A stretch of 63,135 bases of DNA, counting the filler, from Octopus bimaculoides (taxonomy: Eukaryota), in assembly GCF_001194135.2 (NCBI RefSeq). It is 4 parts of 4 records of this genome, joined end to end, with 100 filler letters (N's around TTAATTAATTAA, not from the genome) between each part and the next. Parts side by side here need not be neighbours in the genome. Positions count along the whole stretch, not along the records: positions 37,228 to 61,487 come from NC_068986.1; positions 61,588 to 63,135 come from NW_026385176.1; 2 more parts are not named here. The stretch is one strand, 5' to 3'. Made by a program: the position numbers and the translations under genes. The notes below the pieces were generated by a model. The model worked only from the letters and a program-made list of their open reading frames with translations. It was not told where the DNA came from and searched no databases. This document shows positions 53,782-63,135 of the stretch, one piece after another. The first letter of the stretch is position 1. Each line of letters begins with the position of its first letter.

Positions 53782-54470
53782 CGTAAAAACTTACTTCAAT
53801 GAAGTGGCCGTGGAAGCGGAAACAGCATCGAGGAAAGGAGACTTGATGGCACTATATACAACAATAAGGTTACAGTGTGGAAGGAGAGGCAACCCCGTCA
53901 GACCAGTAAAGGTCAAGGCCAGACGGTTGCTAACTTCCATTGAGGACCAACTGGCGAGATGGAGGGAATACTTCCAGAAACACCTAATCCTCCTCCACCT
54001 CAAGATCCGCCATAATTGGAGCCAGGGGTCCCGCTCAATATCCACATTGGAAAAATCACCAAGACAGGAATCCGCAAAGCCGGGAAGACCTTAAAGAACG
54101 GAGAAGCGGAAGGCGTGGATGGCATACCAGCAGAGGCACTGAAGGCAGGAGGAAAAGAGGTGATCGATCACATGCACCGTGTGCTGAACCTGTTATGGAC
54201 GAAAGAGAAGACCCAACCGACTGGAAGAAGGGTCTTTGGTGAAGATGCGGAAGAGTGGAGATTTATCACAATGCAAAAAGGGTAGAGGACCTTGCTTTCT
54301 ATTCCAAGCAAAGTCCTCACAAGAATCATCCTAGAGCGCTTTTAAAGATACCATTGACAGGCAACTTAGAGATGAGCAGGCAGATTTCAGAAAGGAGAGA
54401 TCATGCACGGAGTTTGCGACGCTCAGAGTCATCGTAAAGCAGACAACGGAATAGCAAATGTCCGAAGTGA
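53782..54470 (+). mobile_element. RTE-clade LINE fragment (linker and start of RT), frameshifted
   Basis: AVEAETASRKGDLMALY..IEDQLARWREYF; KTLKNGEAEGVDGIPAEALKAGG..LNLLWTKEK; LRDEQADFRKERSC..TLRVIV. Confidence 0.85.
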
Positions 54471-54519
54471 GTGCACTCACTTCTGGCTATCTTTTAAGTA
54501 AACAACGCACAGAGTAAAC

Positions 54520-54832
54520 TGGATACGAAATGATGTATATCTACCAATATAACTATAATTATCACTGGAAAATATCCACACGGATTCTATACATGGATAT
54601 TTACTTTTGGAATGGAACTATAATCCAAGTACTTTTTCTTCTCCGTATCGCTCTCATTTCTTACTGCAAATCTACTCATACAGATTTAATAATCCTTAAC
54701 TTCTAGAACTGCTACTATTACCGTCTCCGATGAAGGGATATATTGAATTTTCCCTGAAACAGCTGTAGGACATTCTACATAAAATATTCATTTATTTATG
54801 CCATTGGTCTCTTTATCTCATTCTTTATATAT
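54520..54832 (+). mobile_element. Penelope-like terminal-repeat remnant abutting a (TA)n gap
   Basis: Inferred from the minimal hammerhead motif in an AT-rich repeat end next to (TA)n; no PLE coding sequence is visible. Confidence 0.45.
54723..54771 (+). ncRNA. Type I minimal hammerhead ribozyme (Penelope-type), U4C variant
   Basis: gtct | ccgatga | aggga-tatattgaattt-tccct | gaaa c | agct | gta | ggac. Stems I, II and III all pair; predicted cleavage after 54767. Confidence 0.7.
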
Positions 54833-56287
54833 ANNNNNNNNNNNNNNNNNNNNNNNNNNNNNNNNNNNNNNNNNNNNNNNNNNNNNNNNNNNNNNNNNNN
54901 NNNNNNNNNNNNNNNNNNNNNNNNNNNNNNNNNNNNNNNNNNNNNNNNNNNNNNNNNNNNNNNNNNNNNNNNNNNNNNNNNNNNNNNNNNNNNNNNNNNN
55001 NNNNNNNNNNNNNNNNNNNNNNNNNNNNNNNNNNNNNNNNNNNNNNNNNNNNNNNNNNNNNNNNNNNNNNNNNNNNNNNNNNNNNNNNNNNNNNNNNNNN
55101 NNNNNNNNNNNNNNNNNNNNNNNNNNNNNNNNNNNNNNNNNNNNNNNNNNNNNNNNNNNTATATATATATATATATATATATATATGTAGATGTATAAAT
55201 ATATATGTAGATGTATATGCACATGAAAAGAAACGTGCCTACGTATATATGCATCCAAGCTGAGGTGCATGTAGGAAAAAGATATATAAACAAATAGATG
55301 CATATTCACGCTTACATAGAGATAGAATCAGTTTCGGTCTATAATCATATATATCCGAAAATATTCCTATCCATTTTAATTGATTTCATACAAGTTTGAT
55401 TTTCCCTGAAACACTGTTCTCTTATCTTCCAATTACACTTTCAAACACACCACATATAGAACTTATCAATTTTCTATAATTACATTTTACTTATTTATTT
55501 TCAATTAGCATTTTTGTTATGATTCTTCTTTGTCTCCCGTTTTTTTTTCTTACACATAACCATTCTTATTCTAGATACTTAATAACTATCTCCTCTTCTT
55601 TGGGCGAATCATCCACATCAGCTGGCGTCACTTATCAATTCTGCATTGCTATTTAAACCACATCTCATGCGAAGGCTTACTCGCTTCTCTCCACATTCCC
55701 CATGCACATAGCTCCTTAACGTCAAATATACACGTGAGGTAACTAAAGCAGTTGATTTTTCTTTTTTTTCTCATCACAGAGGAAGCGTCAATTTCGGTAT
55801 TCTGGAGGCTCTACATCTCTAAATAAATTCAGCATGCTTCAGTCTCTAAGTAACTATCCTAACTAAAACTAATGCGCACGATGACGTTAGCAATGATAAA
55901 AGGTGGATTTGCAAACGAATAAAATTGGCGATACCTGTCTCTTCAGGAATGACAAGTACGTGGATTATAGAATCGTCAGAGTGAGCGAAGGAAGTCAACA
56001 TGCTAATTATATCTTTCGATCATAATGTCACTTAATGATATTAAACCATGTGAGCTCTCATCCAACATGCATATGATGAAGTACTTCGCAGTTTTCACCC
56101 AGCCATCTTGCTTCTAATCATATTGATCATAGGATATCATTATCTGAAGTGCACACCCTTTTAAAAATAATATTGTAGCCTGTTCTATGGGAAGATTTAC
56201 TGCTTTTACTAACCACTAGGTTTATCAAATTTCCTGGTATTAATGAGTGTGAAGATAATGATGATGAAGTATATGATGACGACATTG

Positions 56288-56368
<81 letters not shown>

Positions 56369-56875
56369 CTGATGGAAACGCGCAGCTTATATTGTTGGGT
56401 ATAATTGAAAGTGTCAGCTGTCCTTAGCTAGCAGACTAAGGTGACACTTGTATACCAGTCATGCTTCAGGGACTCTGCGAAGAATTCTTGCAATTACAAG
56501 CAATGCTGACTTTTGTAGGTGCATCTTCCTTCACACTTGCACCAATCTGTTTTAGCCATTTTGGCGGTTTATTGCTGATACTTCTAATTGCACCAATTAA
56601 TATTGGTATCACGTATAGTCTCCTCATTCATCACAACCTTCGAATTTCATTTTAATTGTTTATTTTTTTCCTCTTTCACATTGTTCCTGTTGTCTCCGGG
56701 GCATGCAATGTCAATTATTATACATGTTATTTCTTTTTCATTCAAAACAATGTCCGGTTTCAGATGTCTGGTCTGGTGATCGCTCTGGATCATTCTAACC
56801 TACAGGATTTTTCAATTCCCATTCTTGGTGATTCCTTCTCGGGTTTGCTCATACCACGTTGTTCCTCTTTGTAGG
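56369..56875 (-). mobile_element. R4/Dong-like LINE 3' end, second subfamily, with long (TAA)n tail
   Basis: IQSDHQTRHLKPDIV..IDIACPGDNRNNVKEEKI..VIPILIGAI..KWLKQIG. Tail is (ATT)n at ~56290-56368. Confidence 0.75.
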
Positions 56876-56904
56876 ACGTGATTTACAGAGAGTCCCAAAT
56901 GGAT

Positions 56905-58810
56905 CATTATTATCACACTGAAATGGCGTGCTTTATATTCGAGTTGTGCCAATTTCTGGCAGTTGCTAAAGATGTCAAACTCTCAAGTGTTTTACTTAGG
57001 ATATGTACGATATCTAGTAGTACAATTTTTTATCTGTTGTATACAATAGTAAGTGCTGGTGTCTTTGTTGCGTATTTGTCTGAATGCTTTTTAAAAAACA
57101 TACCTATTTCCAGATCTTTGGATTTTCTAATTTCTCCGTTTGTGTTAGAGACACATTGTCATCTCTTGGTGTTGATACATCGAGCAGAAAGCAATTTTTC
57201 TTGGTGTCCCCTTGCAATTATATCCGGCATGTTGGCCTTAATTTCTCTATCTGTACTGTGTGTATTGGCATACGCAGAGTATGGTTGCTCTCTCATTTTC
57301 TATGACTTTTTCTTGCCTGTGCCTATACATCTGTTTTTTCCATGTTGTTACTCCATATTGTTGGAATCGCTTCCAGTGAATACAGGTCCCAACTATGTCG
57401 TATTTCTGAATATATCCCTTCTTAGCCAGGACTGGGCAGCCAGAGAAAATATGATTTGATGTTTCTTTTCCATCACCACATATTCTGCAGTTACTTGTAT
57501 TTCTTGCCATCGATTGTTACGCAAAATCCATTAGTCTCTGCTTTGAGACCTGAGCTTCACAGCCATTGTTGAGATATTGCTTTGTATTTCTTTTCTATTT
57601 ATCTTAACCCAATATTTGCCATGAGGGATTTTTCTTGCCATCGATTTATTCTGATTTGGTGCTGTAACAATTTTAGTTTGGATTTCAGTTGTTTTACAGC
57701 TTTCATTGTTTCTTCTTTTTCTTCATAGATGTTATGTACTACAACTTTTTTTTCTTTTGTATTTGACAGCCTACTTAAAGACTGAAAACAGATTTTTTTG
57801 TTTTGTTCGCGTTTTATGGCTATTAGTATTAGTTTTCCTTGCTTCTGAAGTAGGTATTTCTATAGTCCTACGGTAGTTATTTTGTAATAGTTTTCTAGGT
57901 GTATAAAGCCTCTACCACCTNNNNNNNNNNNNNNNNNNNNNNNNNNNNNNNNNNNNNNNNNNNNNNNNNNNNNNNNNNNNNNNNNNNNNNNNNNNNNNNN
58001 NNNNNNNNNNNNNNNNNNNNNNNNNNNNNNNNNNNNNNNNNNNNNNNNNNNNNNNNNNNNNNNNNNNNNNNNNNNNNNNNNNNNNNNNNNNNNNNNNNNN
58101 NNNNNNNNNNNNNNNNNNNNNNNNNNNNNNNNNNNNNNNNNNNNNNNNNNATATATATATATATATATATATATATAGGCTTTCTATCTCAGATTTTGGG
58201 TGGTGCATCTTAATTCCTGACATTCTTGTCTATTCTGATGAGTCCATTTAGGGAACAGTTAAAAATATTGTAACTGTAACTTCTAACTGGTTCAGCTACA
58301 GTGTTGATACGTATTATTTTGTTTTTCGCGTTGAGCTCTGTTTTTAGTATTAAACTTACTGGTCTATAATATTCCTTTTTAATCTTCTCTTTCATTTGTG
58401 TGTGTTGTATCGTATCTAGTTCATTGATTTCTAAGTAATTCCAGTTTTGGTCTAATTCTCTTACTTCATTTGCTTTATCTAGTGTTACGTTGCTACTGTT
58501 AACTAGTTTCATCTCTTTTTTCAATGTTGCTTTGGCACATTTTTCTAAGCTAAATTTAATGTTTATTTTTTTCCTAGATCCATATACTGTCTGTATTAAA
58601 GATTCCAGCTGTTTTCTTTTTTCATTTGTAGCATAAAGTTTTAGATCATCTGAATACGAGAGATGGCTGACTATGTTGCTGTAACAGTTGTATCTACATC
58701 TAGTTCTGTTTTGCATGTGGCATAACGGTGTCAGAGTCAAGCAGAAAAAGAATTGGACAGAGGTTACCTCCCTGAAAAAGTGGAGAAAGCGTGTCTCCCT
58801 CTTCTCTTTG
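56905..58810 (-). mobile_element. R4/Dong-like LINE (RT, CCHC, RLE), 5'-truncated, decayed, spanning a gap
   Basis: SHLSYSDDLKLY..FSLEKCAK..KEKIKKEYYR..LILKTELNAKNKI; CRICGDGKETSNHIFSGCPVLAKK. Short ataataat tail at ~56905-56915. Confidence 0.9.
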
Positions 58811-58873
58811 GAGTTGCATCATTCTCTCTCTCTCTCTTATATATTAATGGAATGTTTTATTGATATTGTTGTA

Positions 58874-59383
<510 letters not shown>

Positions 59384-59399
59384 TCTTTATGTTGTGCAA

Positions 59400-59575
59400 C
59401 CTATTGTTCAATCCCCTTTGCAATATGAAAAGTCTGACGCATTTAGTGTTCCTAAATCACCTGCCTTTCTTGGCAGATGTATTCGCTTGATATTACTTTT
59501 AGGATGGTGTGCATTGTGCATTGTTAGCTGCTTTCTTATTCTATCTAACTTCTGTAGCGCATTCTTTGCCCTTTT
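59400..59575 (-). mobile_element. R4-like LINE fragment (post-RT)
   Basis: LQKLDRIRKQLTMHNAHHPKSNIKRIHLPRKAGDLG. Confidence 0.7.
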
Positions 59576-59997
59576 CAAAGAGGGGAACTTAATGATTTTC
59601 TGTCCGCTAAATTTTGTCGCCGCAAACTTGCTTCCTCTCCTTTTGTGTTCTTTAGTGACTTTTTTTCTTTTCTCTTACCAATATCTTATCGTCTTGCAGT
59701 GTTAGGAAGTATTTGTATCATTCATTATCCCATAGTGACTGAATGATGCTGTCTAGTCGTAATTTTATGCCATTAGACTTTATCGTTCAGCCTCATGATC
59801 AGGGCCTCTTACTGATTTAGAACGTGTAGTAAGCAAATCATATGTCCAGACGAATTGTAATAATGTTAATAAATATGACAGGCTATCTTAATTGACAAAG
59901 TTTCTCCACTTTTCAGTTGTCAGATGTTGATAAAATAATAGGTTTTTCATTTTTACTGAAAAAATGAATTAAATATGACAGTACTCGTCAAATTATT

Positions 59998-60245
59998 GCC
60001 GCCATATTATTTACAAAATCTATGAATGTGTAAATTCCTTAGAATATCAGTTAGAATGCTCACGATATTGCTTCGTTTTCCTCTGCGTACAGCGCTCAAC
60101 GCTTTGCCTTTCACCCTTTCTATATCAATAAATATCTACTAAGCCCGGGGTTAATAAACATTGAAAATAGAACGATAGATAACTTGATGGATTTATTCAC
60201 GCTTTCTACCTTCCGAATACAATTCAAATCTCATCACAGTAGTGT
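59998..60245 (+). promoter_or_regulatory. Candidate promoter / first exon (YY1-like motif, local CpG enrichment)
   Basis: gccgccatatt 59998-60008, many CpGs to ~60280, possible donor gttagt near 60239. Confidence 0.35.
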
Positions 60246-60322
60246 TAGTTCGTCGCCAACATAAAACGACTATATTAATCGAATACCATTAGATCACAAA
60301 ACTGCTAACCAAATAACTCTCT

Positions 60323-60331
60323 TCAGGGAAG

Positions 60332-60397
<66 letters not shown>

Positions 60398-60540
60398 GTC
60401 AGTCAATCTATCTATCTATCTGTCTGTCTATCTATCTATCTACCTACCCATGCGCCTACCTACCTACCTACCTACCTACCAACCTACCCACTTACCTACC
60501 TACCTGCCTGCCTGCCTGCTTATCTACCTACATACCTACC
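60323..60540. repeat. Compound (TATC)n-(TACC)n-(TGCC)n tract
   Basis: Seen directly. Confidence 0.95.
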
Positions 60541-61587
60541 GACATCCATACCTCCACCTCGAAGGTCCTGTAAGATAATATACCTAATGCTTTACTGTTG
60601 AATAAACCATAAAAATACTATAATTGAATCTTGTTAATCGAATAATAGTGTCAAGCTATTTGGTATGATTTTCTACAAGATAAGAAATAAATGCTGCCTT
60701 TGAATTAAATCAAGTTTTATTCAAACCCACGAAAATATTATTTCTCATGCATTATTTGTTTCCGAGTAAATATCTCACATAGCTAATATAATAATCCTCC
60801 TTTTACAAAAAGCTTAAATATTTTCATTTAATGTCAAGATTGAGCAAGTCGGTTATATTTATTCGTGATGGGATATAAACACGTCTGAAACTTCTTGATA
60901 ACATTCTAAATCCAATTATCACATTCACTATCAATTACAGTCGATATTTCTGTTAGAATAACTTCTGATGTTGGTCATATACCTCTCTTAGGTAGATCTT
61001 ATTATTGAAAGCATTTCCACAGATTTATTATATTCCCTTGTCACATTGATTATTTTAATGCCCATGTTACTAAAATAATAAGGAAAATTTTTATTCTGCC
61101 TTTACTAAACGCTGTCGCATACGTTACAATGTATACATACATTTTCTCGGTAGAAACCTGCATTTACAATAGCTTTGAAAAACAACACATTGCAGACTTG
61201 TTCGATTACTACAAATACCAGAGATTTTATTCCCCCAAAAGTTCCACAAGCCTATTTGCATTAAACATATCATGCTAGTAAAAGTTAGAAGGGTGTAAGT
61301 AATACCAGCAATAGCACTAAAGAATAAGCATCAATTTATAACATTTTACTTCCTCTAAAATAATCAAATTTTAATCCAAATATTTATCTGAATTCGAACC
61401 TTGTTATATTAAACCAATCTTTCTGTGATCATAAGGAAAATAAAGTTTATAACGGTGAAGGCTTATATAAATATATATATATATATANNNNNNNNNNNNN
61501 NNNNNNNNNNNNNNNNNNNNNNNNNNNNNNNTTAATTAATTAANNNNNNNNNNNNNNNNNNNNNNNNNNNNNNNNNNNNNNNNNNNN

Positions 61588-61628
<41 letters not shown>

Positions 61629-61914
61629 AGCATATCTGTACAAAGACACATACATAGATGCATATAGCAACACATGCATATGTGTAAGCATGTATACCTT
61701 AAGTTAGAAATGTCTTTAGCAATAAGGTGAGAAAGAAACTTAACTTTTGTACATAAAACAAATTTGTTATTAAAAAAGTAAAATGGGATTTATTAGATAG
61801 GAGTTGAAGGGAAGCAAGAGCTTATTATCAGAGAATGAAACAAAGTTATTTGACTTTAATGGGTTCCAGCAGAGTGACTTGCCAATCATATGAATTACAG
61901 AAACAGATAAGCGT

Positions 61915-62890
61915 AGGATTAGCTGAGTGGCTATGAAGTTTGCTAAGCAATCAGATGGCTTCAGGTTCAGCCCTTCTGCATGGCATCTTGAGTAAGTGTC
62001 TTTTGCTAAAGGCTTGGTTGATCAATGCCTTGCGAGTGAATTTGATAGACAGAAACTTGTGTGGAAGCCTGTTACCATCATCATCATCATCATCATTTAG
62101 TGTCTGTTCTCCATGGGTTGGTTGGTTTGGCAGGATCTGATGGGGCCCAAGACTGCATTGTACTCTAGTGTCCACCTAGGTGTGGTTTCTATAGCCAAAT
62201 GCCCTTCCTAATGCCAATCACTTTACAGAATCTACGGGCGTTTTTTTATGTGGCACCAGCACCAGTGAGGTCAGCAAGTAACTTGCAAGACATGACCCCT
62301 TGACTGGGTGGAGTGAGTAGTATTGAGGGAGGTGGCCTTATCCCAAGTGATGAGGGGTTAAACTATGATAGGACAGAATCCGGTGTCTTGCTGTAAAGAA
62401 GATACATGGTAACTCCAGTTGGAAAAGAGAGAGGAGAGAGAGAAAGAGAGAAAATGGTGGTCAAGGTGTGTCAAGGTGTACCCTCAGGTTACATGGAAGT
62501 GAATATAAGTGAAATGGTGAGTGGGGAGGTAAGTTTGTGAAGGTGTGGAAAGTATAGAGAGGGAGGAGAATGCAGTGCATGGTGAACACAGGTAGAGTAG
62601 TGGAGGAGATGAGGAAGATGAATCGTAGCAGGGAGAGACTCATCAGGGATAGATTGTGTGCAGGAACATGTGTGTGCATGCAAGCATGTGTGTGTGTGTG
62701 TGTATTGGTTCGTGTGTGTCCTTCTCCAGGTTTGATTGCAATCAGTTTCTTCTAGAAAGAGAGACACACAGACAGACAAAAATAAGCGAGAGAAAGAGAA
62801 GAATTGACCCCAGTATAGGACTGGTATTTTACTGATCCTAAGAGGATCAGAGGCAAAGTTAACCTTGGTGAAGTTGGAACCAGAGTGTAT
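61915..62890. mobile_element. CpG-eroded repeat cluster: SINE-A head (+), (GAT)-tail family (-), SINE-B (-, ~62795-62890)
   Basis: Similarity to other copies, with CG changed to TG/CA throughout. Confidence 0.7.
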
Positions 62891-63135
62891 AGAGCTGACA
62901 TGATTACACCACAGCAATCTGTCACTTTAACCAGCCATTGGCCATCTTATTACATACATGCAGATGCTGGTGAAATCCTGCTGACCATGGTGAACCAACT
63001 AGGTTTTGTTCTGAGCATGCTTTCTTTACCCCACCTTTTCTAGAGGCTTCCCCTTCCAAGCTAGGCAGTGCTCCCGGAAAAGGGCTATCCAGACACTCAC
63101 ACCACTGTCTCAGCCTGCTGGTGCTCCTCAAGGTT

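Overview
This is AT-rich, gapped eukaryotic genomic DNA, most likely from an octopus. That assignment is inference from recalled octopod SINE families and the microsatellite load. I found no intact long ORF. Almost every ORF in the supplied track is a translated microsatellite, an N-gap or a decayed transposon. Identifiable content: (i) four high-copy SINE or SINE-like families, here labelled SINE-A, SINE-B, SINE-C and a (GAT)n-tailed family; (ii) decayed non-LTR retrotransposons, including several R4/Dong-like RLE elements stacked in (TAA)n arrays, plus RTE, Tx1/L1-like and Penelope-like ends; (iii) Tc1/mariner, DD37D, pogo/Tigger, hAT and piggyBac-like fragments and MITEs; (iv) a ~700-bp foldback element with ~165-bp arms; (v) a near-canonical Penelope-type minimal hammerhead ribozyme at 54.7 kb and a degenerate second one at 20.2 kb. 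SINE copies have lost their CpGs in ~1-21 kb and ~61.7-63 kb but keep them in between. YY1-containing promoter-like segments lie near both boundaries (22.1-22.3 kb and 60.0 kb). This suggests two divergent, gene-body-methylated host genes flanking an unmethylated interval, although scaffold joins also lie near both boundaries. I can point to candidate exons with strong splice signals but could not identify any host protein.
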